Source: an uncultured Candidatus Binatia bacterium
Lineage (GTDB): Bacteria; Desulfobacterota; Binatia; UBA9968; JAJDTQ01
Direction of reading: 5' to 3'
NCBI GenBank assembly: GCA_964291295.2
Contig: OZ219754.1
Location: 3,168,001-3,232,000 of the forward strand
DNA: 64,000 nt
Shown here: positions 41,539 through 51,880 of the stretch, one piece after another
How the letters are laid out: each line of letters starts with the position of its first letter
Numbering within the stretch: position 1 is the first letter of the stretch
Notes under the pieces: generated by a model
What the model saw: only the letters and a program-made list of their open reading frames with translations
Told to the model about the DNA's origin: nothing
The model's database searches: none
Position numbers and translations under genes: made by a program

Positions 41539-42093
41539 TCACCCGGTGGGAAGGACCGGCATGCCCTCGGGGGCGCTGATGTCGAACGCATTGAGGGAAC
41601 AGGCAAGACCCACGTACCCGCCGATGATGCCGGTGAGCTCCGCCAGCCGGTGGTCCCCGAGGCGCGCCCGCAGTGCCCGGAAGGTCGCCTCGGTGATGCG
41701 GTGCGGAGGCCGCAACAGCTCCTGCACATAGCGGACGAACGGCGCTTCGTCGTCGTTGAGGCCCTCGGGCGCCCGGCCCTCGCCAATGGCCGCCACCACC
41801 TCCTCCCGCACCCCGGCGTCGAGGGCGTGGCCCGAGTGAGCGGCCCACTCGTACACGCAGTCCATCTCCCGGGCCACCGTGCAGATCACCAGTTCCTTTT
41901 CCTTGAGGGGAAAGTCCGAGGCGAACAGCGAATAGCCCACCAGGTGCGCCGTGCGCGCGGCCAAGTCCGGACAGTGGAGCAGATTGGCGTAGGGTGCGCC
42001 GATGCGCTTGCGGCTGGCCATGATGGCGTCATAGTGCCGCCGCTGCTCCTCCGGTACGTCCTCTCTTTTGGTGACCTCCGGTATTCGGGGCAT
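41539..42093 (-). CDS. Carboxymuconolactone decarboxylase/AhpD-like protein
   Basis: 'GAPYANLLHCP', 'KELVICTVARE..CVYEWAAH', 'ELTGIIGGY'. Confidence 0.8.
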   Translation of the reverse strand: MPRIPEVTKREDVPEEQRRHYDAIMASRKRIGAPYANLLHCPDLAARTAHLVGYSLFASDFPLKEKELVICTVAREMDCVYEWAAHSGHALDAGVREEVVAAIGEGRAPEGLNDDEAPFVRYVQELLRPPHRITEATFRALRARLGDHRLAELTGIIGGYVGLACSLNAFDISAPEGMPVLPTG

Positions 42094-42104
42094 CTCTTCC
42101 CTTC

Positions 42105-43580
42105 TCACAGCTCCGGCGTGGCGGCCGGCGGCCGCCGGTGGTGCGTGGCCTGCTCATAGGCGTAGGCGAACCGGATCATGCGGCCGTCGTCGTAGGGCCG
42201 TCCGAGAAAGGTAATCCCGGCCGGAAGACCCTGCCGGGTGAAGCCCCCGGGCACCACCACCGACGAGACGAAGACCAGAAAGGTGTTGATGTGGGGGACC
42301 CCCCTCATGTTGACCCATGGCGGCTTGACGCCTTCGGCGATGAGAGTGGGCTGGTGCTCCACCGACTTGTGCACGATGGCGTCCAGCCGATGGTCGGCCA
42401 TGACCTTCAGCAGATTACCCATGAGCCGCTCGCGCGCCAGCAGATACGCGTAGTGCCGGTCGGCGTCGAGGGGCGCCGTCCAGCGGTTCCGGGCGTTGTG
42501 ATGGACCTTGGCGAAGTCCGGCGACGCCATGGCCGCCTGGCGGGACTCGAACGGCCGCCGGGCACTCCTGCCGTAGTACCGCATGAAGGCCTCGTCGGCA
42601 CTCTTGGGGTTCCACGAGCGCCTGGCCAGCAACTCGTTGAGTTCCGGAATCACCACCGGATCCACCACCTCGGCGCCAGCGGCCCGGAGGTCCGCCACCG
42701 CCTTGTCGAACACCTCGGTGACCTGCCTGAAATCGTCGGTGTCGGGCTCCGCCATATACCCCATGGGCTCCCGCAGGATCCCGAGACGCGCGCCGGCGAG
42801 GCCGCCGGCGTCCAGGAAGTCGGTGTAGCTTGGGGGTATGTGGCCGACGCCATAGGCGGTGGCCGGATCATCGGGATCATAGCCCACCATGCCGTCCAAC
42901 AGCCGCGCCATGTCCCCCACCGTGCGGGCCATGGGGCCCAGCGAGCCGGTCAGGTCGGGCCAGCCGTCGTACACCCCGCCCCGGCTCACCAGCCCGGGCG
43001 TGGGGCGCATGCCGGCCACGCAGTTCCAGGTGGAGGGGCGGCGGATGGAGGCGTAGCCTTCCTGGCCCACCGCCAAGGTGGCGAAGTTCGCGGCCACGGC
43101 CGCGCCGGAACCGCCGGAGGAACCGCCCACGGTCCGCTCTATGTCGTAGGGGTTGCGGCTGGACCCGAACAGCGAGCCGTGGGTATCGCCCCCGCCCAGC
43201 TCCCCCAAGGTCGCCTTCGCCAGGATGATGGCCCCGGCCTGCCGGAGCCGTTCCACCACGAAGCAGTCGCGGTCGGGGTAGTAGTCCCGGAACAGCACGC
43301 TGCCCAGGGTGGTGGGCATCCCCCTGGCATCGCCCTGGTCCTTGAACACGATGGGAATGCCGTGGAGCGGGCCGGCCGGCGGCCCGGCCCCGAGCCGGTC
43401 GGCCTCCTCCAGGGCGCCAGGATTGACCGTGATGATGCAGTTGAGGGCAGGGCCGTTCCTGTCATAGGCCTCGATCCGGTCGAGGTAGGCCTGCACCAGA
43501 TCGCGCGGGGTCCATTGCCCCGACCGGTAGGCCTCGTGGACGGCCTCAATGGTGGTTTCCACTACGCGGACGGTGCTCAT
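42105..43580 (-). CDS. Amidase signature family enzyme
   Basis: 'LHGIPIVFKD', 'GGSSGGSGAAVAA', 'SIRRPS'. Confidence 0.9.
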   Translation of the reverse strand: MSTVRVVETTIEAVHEAYRSGQWTPRDLVQAYLDRIEAYDRNGPALNCIITVNPGALEEADRLGAGPPAGPLHGIPIVFKDQGDARGMPTTLGSVLFRDYYPDRDCFVVERLRQAGAIILAKATLGELGGGDTHGSLFGSSRNPYDIERTVGGSSGGSGAAVAANFATLAVGQEGYASIRRPSTWNCVAGMRPTPGLVSRGGVYDGWPDLTGSLGPMARTVGDMARLLDGMVGYDPDDPATAYGVGHIPPSYTDFLDAGGLAGARLGILREPMGYMAEPDTDDFRQVTEVFDKAVADLRAAGAEVVDPVVIPELNELLARRSWNPKSADEAFMRYYGRSARRPFESRQAAMASPDFAKVHHNARNRWTAPLDADRHYAYLLARERLMGNLLKVMADHRLDAIVHKSVEHQPTLIAEGVKPPWVNMRGVPHINTFLVFVSSVVVPGGFTRQGLPAGITFLGRPYDDGRMIRFAYAYEQATHHRRPPAATPEL

Positions 43581-43592
43581 GGGTGGCTCCTG

Positions 43593-43990
43593 GCGGTGTG
43601 TCTCATGAATGGCCTTGCATTTCGAGATTTTGAGGAAGATGGATTGACGGAAGTGGTCCGGACGAAAGGCTTGGGATTGGCATTGTGGCAAACCAGGGAG
43701 TGCTTGATGGCCGCAATCCGTTCCGGGACGCTGCGAAAGACACTGCGGCGCAGACGTTGGTGAGTCAGCTTTGCGAACCCACTTTCGACGAGATTGAGCC
43801 AGGAGGTACGGGTGGGCGTGAAATGGAGTCGGAATCGCGGGTGACCAGCCAGCCAAAGGCGCAGCGCTTCATGCTTGTGAGTTCCGTAGTTGTCCAGCAT
43901 GATGTGCCGAGTCCGGTCGCGCGGGAAGGCACGGTGGAGGCGCCGCAGGAAGTTCAGGAACTCCTGATGCCGATGGCACCCGTGGCACGG
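43593..43990 (-). pseudogene. IS630-family transposase C-terminal fragment
   Basis: 'HRHQEFL', 'LDNYGTHKH', 'RFRLHFTPTRTSWLNLVE..F'. Confidence 0.85.
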
Positions 43991-44062
43991 ACCGATGAAG
44001 ACGCTTCGTTCAGGTACGACCGACCCCGACCGTGCAGCGGCCTGCCGCTGGCGGCTACGGTC

Positions 44063-45052
44063 TCAACGCCCGGGCTTGGCGGCCAGCACCTCGTCGAGGC
44101 TCGCCGCCACCAGCACGGCCTCCGCCCAAGCCTCCAGTTCGGAGGCCGACGCACGGCGAACCCGCTCGCCGACCGCATCCGGCACATCACCGAAACGCAA
44201 CGCCAGTTGACGAAGAAGAAGTTCCGCCAAGGCCTGTATCCGGCCTCGTTCGATTCCCTCTGCTCTTCCCTGTTCGATTCCCTTCTCGATTCCCTGTTCG
44301 ATCCAGGCTTGCGCGACTGTGCCCATCAGCGCCTCCCAACGGTCCGGCTTTGTCCGGCGCAGCGACGCCTCCAGCAATGGCGGCGTCAGGTTCATGCACT
44401 CGGCCATGTAACGCACAATATGACGCTCGAACGCGCTCCCCGCAACCGGCCCGCCCGTCATCTGGTCCAGAAGATCCGTCGGTATGTCCTCGGCATATAC
44501 CACCTTGAGCGCCAGAAGCCCGGCCCGCACTTCGGGCGAGACCGACAACCGCCCTGGCGCAATCTCGCCAAGGTCATGCAGCACATAGGCGAACTCCCTG
44601 ACGAAAGGCTCCAACTCCCCGGGCGCGTCGATCATCCCCGGCACCGAGCGCGCCGCGGTCCAGCGGCCCCGACCGTGGTAGAAAACCAGCGGAATGATCG
44701 CCGGCAGCCGGTCCCCGCCAGCGCCATTCTCGACCTCGCGGCGCCAGATGTTGACCATGTATTTCAGGAGTTGGAGCGGCGTGTCCGCGTCGACGCGGCT
44801 CTTGTGTTCGAGCAGCACATAGAGCCGCGCATCGTGGCCGCTCCTCAGTCTCACCCGGAACAGCGCATCGCACTGGGTCCGCGCGGCGTCCTCGTCCACG
44901 AAGTGGCCCTCCACCGCCTCGGGCGGGGCCTCGGGGTCGAGGAGAGCGGCGACTTCTTGCGGCAGGTATTGCGCCAGCAGCGCGGCGGCGCGGGCCGGCT
45001 CGGAGACCAGTGCCCGGAACAGCGCATCGTGGGGCGTCGTCGGAAGGCTCAC
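44063..45052 (-). CDS. Rpn/YhgA-like (Transposase_31) PD-(D/E)XK nuclease
   Basis: 'PHDALFR', 'CDALFRV...LLEHKS', 'PAIIPLVFYHG', EQG/EKG repeats, DUF4351-like tail. Confidence 0.9.
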   Translation of the reverse strand: MSLPTTPHDALFRALVSEPARAAALLAQYLPQEVAALLDPEAPPEAVEGHFVDEDAARTQCDALFRVRLRSGHDARLYVLLEHKSRVDADTPLQLLKYMVNIWRREVENGAGGDRLPAIIPLVFYHGRGRWTAARSVPGMIDAPGELEPFVREFAYVLHDLGEIAPGRLSVSPEVRAGLLALKVVYAEDIPTDLLDQMTGGPVAGSAFERHIVRYMAECMNLTPPLLEASLRRTKPDRWEALMGTVAQAWIEQGIEKGIEQGRAEGIERGRIQALAELLLRQLALRFGDVPDAVGERVRRASASELEAWAEAVLVAASLDEVLAAKPGR

Positions 45053-45233
45053 CGGGCGGGTTCCCCGGCGTCTTTCGCAGCGTCCCGAAACGGATTGCCG
45101 CCATCAAGTACTCCCTGGCTTGACACAATGCCAATCCCAAGCCTTTCGTCTGGAACACATCCGTCCACTCCATCCTGCGCAAAACCATCCTGCGCGAAAT
45201 CGCGGACTGCAAGGCCATTCATGAGACACACCG

Positions 45234-46061
45234 CTAGAAAAAGGCCAGGGTACGCATCTCGATGCTCTCCCGGGCCGGGGCGTCGGACGGCGTGCCGGGG
45301 TCGTCGAAGGCGCAGTGCAGGGTCCAGCGCGCGCGCCCGTCGCGCTCGGACTCGAAGGTCTTGAACACCACGGCCTCGTGGCGCTCCATGTGCGGGAAGT
45401 AGTACCAGCGATGCCTGGGGTTGAAGGTGTAGTGCAGCGTCTCGCCGCGGCGGTCCGGGTAGATGCGCGCCGTGGGGACAGCCCCTTCCATGTCCGTGCT
45501 GCGGGCGTCGGCGATGGCCAGCGGCTCACGTATCACCGGGCGGTTGATGGGCCGCCAGGTCTGCACCACGGCGAACCGTCCCTTGAGCAGTTCCTCGGCC
45601 TCGTCCGGCAGGAGGTCGCGGACCCGCTGGGGTCCCGACCAGTCCGTGTAGTCGTTGTGGGCGCTGCGTACCGGCCCGCCCACCTGCTTCGCCTCGCGCG
45701 TGGCCTCGTCGCCGGAACGAAGCGTATGGTCGAACACCACCACGCGTCTGGCCCCGGCCGTCTTCCTGACGAGTTCCTCGGTCTCCTTGTAGTAGACCGC
45801 ACGCACCTCTTCCTCGTCATAGAAATCCGTCATCCGGGTGTCGTGGCGCACCAGCACGAACCCCTCCCGCTCCAGCGACAGCGTGTCCGCCACGAGCCGG
45901 GCGTTCCGGATGGTCATCGTGTGACCCTCGTACCTGCCCCGGCGCCTGCGGTCCGCCTCCTTCTGGCTCAGGCCGCCGTAGCTCGCCGGGGTCTCGCCGC
46001 CCTTGATGAGGTAGTGGAGCACGCCTTCGATGGACTCCGGCGCGGTTTGAGGTCTTGCCAT
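45234..46061 (-). CDS. CmcJ/NvfI-family oxidoreductase (paralog of 3974..4825)
   Basis: 'LSLEREGF', 'VFDHTLR', 'AHNDYT', 'RESIEMR'. Confidence 0.8.
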   Translation of the reverse strand: MARPQTAPESIEGVLHYLIKGGETPASYGGLSQKEADRRRRGRYEGHTMTIRNARLVADTLSLEREGFVLVRHDTRMTDFYDEEEVRAVYYKETEELVRKTAGARRVVVFDHTLRSGDEATREAKQVGGPVRSAHNDYTDWSGPQRVRDLLPDEAEELLKGRFAVVQTWRPINRPVIREPLAIADARSTDMEGAVPTARIYPDRRGETLHYTFNPRHRWYYFPHMERHEAVVFKTFESERDGRARWTLHCAFDDPGTPSDAPARESIEMRTLAFF

Positions 46062-46288
46062 GGCACCCTCCGCGGGACCGATTGTTCTGCTGCGGGGTCG
46101 CGTGGCGGGGCCGCGAACCCCGGGGGCGCCATGATATGCATGCCGCCGTCGAATGCCCTGATGCCGTTGCCGGCCATCCGCCTGCCCGGTTCCGCGCCAT
46201 CCTCCGCAGGCCGTGTCGTCCCGCCCGCACCCCGCCATGAAAGGAAGGCCGCCCGCGCGAAGGCCGCCCGTTCCGGGCAACCTTCGCG

Positions 46289-47350
46289 CTACTGGACGGG
46301 ATCGGGAATATCGAGCTGGTAGAGATTCTTGACGTTGGTATAGACCAGCTTCTTCCGTACGTCCGCCGGCAGGTGGCCGAGGTCACGCTCGATGTAACGT
46401 TTCGATTCCGGCCACGTGGAGTTGGCGTGCGGATAGTCGTTGGACCACATGCAGTTGTCCTGCCCCCACCACTCGAAGCTGTGCCCGGCAACGGTGTCGC
46501 GGAAGAACGTGCCGAAGAACTGGTTGTTGAAGTACTCGCTGGGGTTCTTGGTGATGGAGATGGGGTTCTCCCCCTTGAACCGGTTCCAGTAATAGTCCCA
46601 TTGCTGCAACATGAACGGCATCCAGCCGATCTCGTTCTCGACGCACACGAACCGGAGGCGGGGATGGCGCTCCATGATGCCGTAGAAAATGAAGTCGAAG
46701 ACCGCGTTGATGATCTCCTGGAGCTTCAGATTGACGCTGCCGCGGTAGGGCTCGACACCGATGCGCTTGTTACCGAACACGGTCTGCTTGTGGTAGCCGT
46801 GGCCGGTGAGGATATGCAGGTGTACGGGAAGCTGGAGATCCTCGGACGCCGACCAGAACTTCTCGTAGTGGTCGGAGTGGAACGGCAGGTCCGCGTGCGG
46901 CGCCTGCCAGATCAGAGAACCCTTGAGGCCTTGTCTGGCGCAGCGTTCCAGTTCCTTGACCGCCTCGTCGATGTCGTACATGGAGATGGCCGCCACCCCC
47001 ACGAGCCGGTTGGGTGCCACCGAGCAGTAGTCCACGACCCAGTCGTTGTAGGCGCGGAACGAGACCTCCTGCAGTTTGGCGTCGTCCATGGCAAAGTGCG
47101 GCAGGAGATAGGTCGGGAAGAGGACCTCGGCGCTCACGCCGTCGGTCTCCATCTCGGCAATGCGCCTGGACGGATCGGACCCGCCCGGCTGGGTCTGGAA
47201 ACTGGTTCCCACCTCCAGCTTGGGGAAGCGCGGAACCCGGTCCCTGAAGGCCTGGGGCGCCCTTTCCACCAGCGTTTCCGACGGCTCCATGACGTGGGAG
47301 TCGGACGAGATAATGACTTCACAGCCGGCCAGCGTTCCGTTGTCTGCCAT
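46289..47350 (-). CDS. Amidohydrolase_2 family protein
   Basis: 'ISSDSHVMEP', 'VHLHI', 'WSNDYPH'. Confidence 0.85.
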   Translation of the reverse strand: MADNGTLAGCEVIISSDSHVMEPSETLVERAPQAFRDRVPRFPKLEVGTSFQTQPGGSDPSRRIAEMETDGVSAEVLFPTYLLPHFAMDDAKLQEVSFRAYNDWVVDYCSVAPNRLVGVAAISMYDIDEAVKELERCARQGLKGSLIWQAPHADLPFHSDHYEKFWSASEDLQLPVHLHILTGHGYHKQTVFGNKRIGVEPYRGSVNLKLQEIINAVFDFIFYGIMERHPRLRFVCVENEIGWMPFMLQQWDYYWNRFKGENPISITKNPSEYFNNQFFGTFFRDTVAGHSFEWWGQDNCMWSNDYPHANSTWPESKRYIERDLGHLPADVRKKLVYTNVKNLYQLDIPDPVQ

Positions 47351-47567
47351 TGAATTACCCCCTCAAGAACATTTCGGAAATGTGTCGTACTTCACTTTAG
47401 CCTCTAGCATCACCTGTCCCGGGCCGTCAAGAATTCGGACGCGGCGCCAATCAAGCCGTCATGACCGCACTATTCCTTCCTCTGCCTCGAACCGCACCAG
47501 CCCGGGCATCCGGCAGGCCCCCGCCCGGGGCGCCTACCGCTCCCGAATCCGGGGCCGCGCGCCGATT

Positions 47568-48785
47568 TCAAACCGCTCCGTTTCCTTTCTTGCCGTCCTT
47601 CCCGCCCCGGGTCACGCCGCTCTCCCGCAGATCTGCCAGCGCCTCCTCGTCATAGCCCAGCCCGCGCAGGATCTCTTCGGTGTTCTCGCCCAGCAGCGGT
47701 GCGGCGCGGTGAAACCGCGCAGGTGTGCCGGACAGGCGCACGGCGTTGCCGATGAGATTGCTCGCTCCCATCTTCGGATGCCGGATCTCCTGCGGCAGGC
47801 CCATCCGTTTCACGTGCGGGTCCTCGAGAACCTCGTTGATCCTGTATATGGGCGCGTTGGGCACCTCCACGGCGTCGAGAACCTCAAGCCAATAGGCCCT
47901 GGGCCTCTTTTCGAACTCCGCCTGCAGGATGGGGACGACGTCGTAGTGATGCTCCCAGCGATCCTTGCGGGTGGCGAAACGCGGATCGTCCAGCAGATCC
48001 CGTCGTCCCACCGCCGTGACCAGCCCCTCCCAGGCTTTCTGATGCCCGGAAAGGTGAAGCACAAGAGGCTCCCGGTCGCTGGGGATGAAGCAGTAGATAC
48101 GCCCCCGGGGGAAATTCTCCCGCGTGATGGCCTCGCCTCCGTTGAGGTAGTCGGCCATGTGGGACTCGATGAATGCCAAGCTGACGCGCAGCAGCGAGGC
48201 GTCCACGAACTGGCCGCGGCCGGTCTGATGGCGCGCCAGCAGAGCCGCCAGGATGCCGTAGGCGGCGAACACGCCGGTGGAATGGTCGGTGACCGAAACC
48301 CCCGCCACCTTGGGCCGGTCGAAGTCGGTCATCAGGCTCAGCATGCCGCTCAAGGCCTGTCCGATGGTATCGAAACCAGGCTTGTCGCGGTAGGGGCCTT
48401 CCTGGCCGTAGCCCGTTATGGAACAGTGAATCAGCCCCGGATTCAGCCGGGAAAGACGCGCGTAGTCGAGGCCCAGCCTCGTGCGCGTCGCCGGACGGAA
48501 GTTCTCCAGCAGGATGTCGGCCTTGTCCAGCAACTGGAGAAGAATGTCCCTGCCCCGAGGCTTGCGCAGATCCAGGGTCAGGCTCCGCTTGTTGCGGTTG
48601 AGCGCCCGGAAACTCGGCCCGTAACCCTGATACAGGGGATTCCGCCCGCGGTGCGTGTCGCCCCCGTCCGGCAACTCCACCTTGATGACGTCGCAGCCAA
48701 GGTCGCCCAGCAGACTCCCGCAAAAAGGCCCGGCCACATGGCCGCTGAGATCCAGCGCCATGGTCCCCTGCAGTGCCGCATTCAT
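47568..48785 (-). CDS. CaiB/BaiF family III CoA-transferase
   Basis: 'AGPFC', 'VIKVE', 'NRNKRS', 'ENFRP', 'GFD', 'APLLGENT'. Confidence 0.92.
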   Translation of the reverse strand: MNAALQGTMALDLSGHVAGPFCGSLLGDLGCDVIKVELPDGGDTHRGRNPLYQGYGPSFRALNRNKRSLTLDLRKPRGRDILLQLLDKADILLENFRPATRTRLGLDYARLSRLNPGLIHCSITGYGQEGPYRDKPGFDTIGQALSGMLSLMTDFDRPKVAGVSVTDHSTGVFAAYGILAALLARHQTGRGQFVDASLLRVSLAFIESHMADYLNGGEAITRENFPRGRIYCFIPSDREPLVLHLSGHQKAWEGLVTAVGRRDLLDDPRFATRKDRWEHHYDVVPILQAEFEKRPRAYWLEVLDAVEVPNAPIYRINEVLEDPHVKRMGLPQEIRHPKMGASNLIGNAVRLSGTPARFHRAAPLLGENTEEILRGLGYDEEALADLRESGVTRGGKDGKKGNGAV

Positions 48786-49518
48786 GATCTCCCCCAAGAC
48801 GTGAACCTCACGGACGCCGATGCCGGAGGGGCGGCACCGGGGTGGATGGGGACCGGGACGAGACCGACGCCGCCCCTGGTGCTGCGGGTGTGTGCGACTC
48901 CGTTGGGGCGTCCGGTGCCGTGACACAAGCGGCGAACCCGCCGCTGGACCGGCCGAAAGAACGGCACAAGAACCGCACGATACGGAACCCCGCGATGCCT
49001 TGAATATGGAACCCCTGAATATGAAACCGCACGATATCCCGAGTCTGCCGAAAACACCAGCGCACACCAGCGGCAGGCCATTCCGCAAGGTTCCGGATGA
49101 CTTCCTGGCACGCCGGCCCCGGCCGGGGGAGGTGCAGCGGCCCGCGCCAAGCGGCGAAACCCGCCCTCGACCCGGATTTTCCGTTGACGCCGCGCCGGAC
49201 CGCCCGTAGGATGCAGCACCGGTGCCTGTTGCGCGGGCGGACCGGTTGCCCGGGCCGACTCAAGGCCATGCGGGGCAGCCTGCCGGTCGCGGTCCACAAG
49301 ACAGACTCCGCAAGGGGGTGGCACGATGGATCGTGGACACCCGACGACCGCGAAAGAGCAAACCGGCTGAGCAGGGACGGAGCCGGGAGCGTGCTGCTCG
49401 AACCCCGGAAAACCATCCGGAGAATTTTCATGACGAACTCGTGCTCGACACCCGAAAACCGGCCCCTTGATCCCGGCGGGCAAACCGTGCGCTTCCGGCG
49501 CATTCGAGAGGACGCCGC

Positions 49519-49800
49519 ATGAAGACCCGGCGCGCATTCCGGCGGTTCTTCGCCCTGGGCTTCGTTCTCGTGGTGCTCGACGCACAGTTCCTGCTGGGCA
49601 GCGTGCCCGCCGCCCACGCCGTTCTGTCGCTTCTGAACACCCCCGGCGCGGTGGTCACCCTGCCGCTTCACAACGTCGTTCCCGGCGGTGGATGGGGCGT
49701 GATCGGATTGGTCGCGGTGGCAAACGGCCTCCTCTACGGACTCCTGGCGCGTCTGGTTGCCCGGACGCGCGGGCGCCGGCTGTCGGCCGGAACGGAGTGA
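49519..49800 (+). CDS. Small membrane protein
   Basis: GAGGA RBS; 93 aa with hydrophobic segments; GC3-rich codons. Confidence 0.55.
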   Translation: MKTRRAFRRFFALGFVLVVLDAQFLLGSVPAAHAVLSLLNTPGAVVTLPLHNVVPGGGWGVIGLVAVANGLLYGLLARLVARTRGRRLSAGTE

Positions 49801-50026
49801 GCACTTGCACCGATTCACAGGATCGGCGGGGACGTGCCGCCATGGCGGCCGGCGCACAGGGCTGGCAAAGGCTTCGGGGGCCGCAAGGTATCTGGGAGGC
49901 GTCATGAAGCGTACGCCATGAAGACCGGACCGCGGGGTCCGCACACATCCTCCGGGTGATCCGCCGGGTGCCGCGGCTCCAAACGCCGCGGCTGGAACCG
50001 TGCCTGGCGAAACCCCGTCCGGGTAT

Positions 50027-50833
50027 TCAGGCCTTGCGCGCCGGCGCCAGCACCGATGTAACTCCGCGGCCGGCGTCGGTGTGAATGACTTCGCCGGTCA
50101 TGATGCGGGACTGGGACGAGGCCAGCAGGACGTAGGCGGCCGCGTGGTCCTCCGGCACCACCGTGACCTGGAGAAGGTTTCCGCTCATTCCCGCGGCCGG
50201 CCGGGGAGCACCGAAGACGTCGTCCCCGCCCGCTCCCGGAGCCAGCGACGGCGCCGCGCGCAGACCGGTGACGGTGCCGGACGGCGCCACGCCGTTGACT
50301 CGGACCGTGGGCGCCAACTCGTTGGCCAACTGGCGCACCATGCCCAGCGCCGCGTGCTTGGAGGCGACGTACAGGGTCCCGCCGCTCACGTAGTAGGACG
50401 ACGTGGACAGCGTGAAGACCATGTTGCCGCGGCTCTTCATCAGTTCGCGGATGGCGGCCTTGGCACCCAGAAGACAGCCCTTGACATTGACCCCGAAGAC
50501 CTCGTCGTAACCCCGCTCCAACTCTTCGTCCGAGAGCTCCGCCAGGGGCCGTCTGGCGTCGTGGATCCCGGCGTTGCCCACGAACACGCTCAGACGGCCG
50601 AACGCCGACACCGCGGCCGACACCGCCCGGCGGTTGTCCTCCAGGCTCCGCACGTCGCCGGACACCACCGCCACGGGGTCGCCCATCTCCTCCTTCAGCG
50701 CGGCCAGCCGCTCCCCGGAACGGTCGAAGGCCACCACCTTCGCGCCTTCCTGTATGAAACGCGCCACCACCGCCCTGCCGATTCCCGATCCGGCCCCGGT
50801 CACGACGGCCACCTCGTTCTCCAGCCATTGCAT
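50027..50833 (-). CDS. SDR oxidoreductase, cis-dihydrodiol dehydrogenase (BphB/HcaB)-like
   Basis: 'TGAGSGIG', 'GNAGIHD', 'YVASKHA', 'RVNGVAP'. Confidence 0.85.
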   Translation of the reverse strand: MQWLENEVAVVTGAGSGIGRAVVARFIQEGAKVVAFDRSGERLAALKEEMGDPVAVVSGDVRSLEDNRRAVSAAVSAFGRLSVFVGNAGIHDARRPLAELSDEELERGYDEVFGVNVKGCLLGAKAAIRELMKSRGNMVFTLSTSSYYVSGGTLYVASKHAALGMVRQLANELAPTVRVNGVAPSGTVTGLRAAPSLAPGAGGDDVFGAPRPAAGMSGNLLQVTVVPEDHAAAYVLLASSQSRIMTGEVIHTDAGRGVTSVLAPARKA

Positions 50834-50936
50834 GGACGTCACCTCCTCGCGGCGATGGATGCGGGTGTTCGATCCCGGCAACCCTTTGTAGGGCAGGGCG
50901 CGGCGGAAAGCCAGCGCCGCGGGCCGCCGGGCAAAC

Positions 50937-50966
50937 TTGACACCGGCGAGGGCGCGGGCATAGATT
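50937..50966 (+). promoter_or_regulatory. Candidate sigma70 promoter of the TauD-family gene
   Basis: TTGACA, 18 bp spacer, TAGATT. Confidence 0.4.
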
Positions 50967-51013
50967 CGCGCTCGTGTGCGCGGGAACATCGCTACCTCCG
51001 GGAGGCAATATCC

Positions 51014-51871
51014 ATGAGTCTGACCACAAGACCGCTTTCCCCCGCCCTGGGCGTGGAGATCCTGGGACTGGACGTGAGCGCGCCGCTGGACGCAACCGTC
51101 CGGGACGAGATCCTCGCCGAGTTCTATCGTCACGTGGCACTGCTCTTCCGCGGTCAGAACCTGACCGTGGAGCAGCAGAACCGCTTCACCACCACCTTCG
51201 GCGACATCGGCAAGCGCACGGTGGGCCCGCGGCTGCGAAAGTCCGCCGGCGACATCTACACGACGCCGGTGATGGTGGTGAGCAACATCAGGGAGAACGG
51301 CAAGCCGCTGGAAGGGGCCTCGGCCAACGGCGACAAGGAGATGGGCTTCCACCAGGACACCGCCTTTCACGAGGTGCCCGACCATGTCACCATCCTCTAC
51401 GGCATCGAGGTGTCGGCCCACGGCGGCCATACCATCGTGTCCAACCAGTACGCCGCCTACGACCACGTCCCGGCGAACCTCCGGACCAGGCTGGAAGGCT
51501 GCAAGGTGCTGCAGGTCTACGACTACCAGCGCCACACCGTGGATGCCGGCGTGGATCTGAGCGGCGCCCGCTACCACGTGCAGCCCATCTTCATCACGCA
51601 CCCGGTGACGGGCCGGCGGGCGCTCTACGTGAACCGGATGATGTCGGTCCGCATCGAGGGCATGGAGCGGGCGGAGAGCGACGCCATTCTTGACGAACTC
51701 TTCGAAATCGCCGAGGATCCGGCCTTCCGATACGAGCACACCTGGGAGGCGGGAGACCTGCTGATGTGGGACAACTTCTGCTCCATCCACGCCCGCACCT
51801 TCTATCCGGAGAACGAGCGCCGGCTGCTGCGGCGCACCACCGTGGCGGGCACCGGACGGCTGCAGGCGTGA
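51014..51871 (+). CDS. TauD/TfdA-family dioxygenase
   Basis: 'FHQD', 'HPVTGRRALY', 'WDNFCSIHAR'; GGAGG RBS. Confidence 0.9.
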   Translation: MSLTTRPLSPALGVEILGLDVSAPLDATVRDEILAEFYRHVALLFRGQNLTVEQQNRFTTTFGDIGKRTVGPRLRKSAGDIYTTPVMVVSNIRENGKPLEGASANGDKEMGFHQDTAFHEVPDHVTILYGIEVSAHGGHTIVSNQYAAYDHVPANLRTRLEGCKVLQVYDYQRHTVDAGVDLSGARYHVQPIFITHPVTGRRALYVNRMMSVRIEGMERAESDAILDELFEIAEDPAFRYEHTWEAGDLLMWDNFCSIHARTFYPENERRLLRRTTVAGTGRLQA

Positions 51872-51880
51872 CGGAACCGG

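Larger units (their letters stand above)
43593..45234. mobile_element. Composite non-autonomous element bounded by two inverted IS630 3' ends, carrying an Rpn gene
   Basis: 27 bp perfect inverted repeat gcggtgtgtctcatgaatggccttgca at 43593 and 45208-45234; inverted similarity extends about 150 bp inward. Confidence 0.75.
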
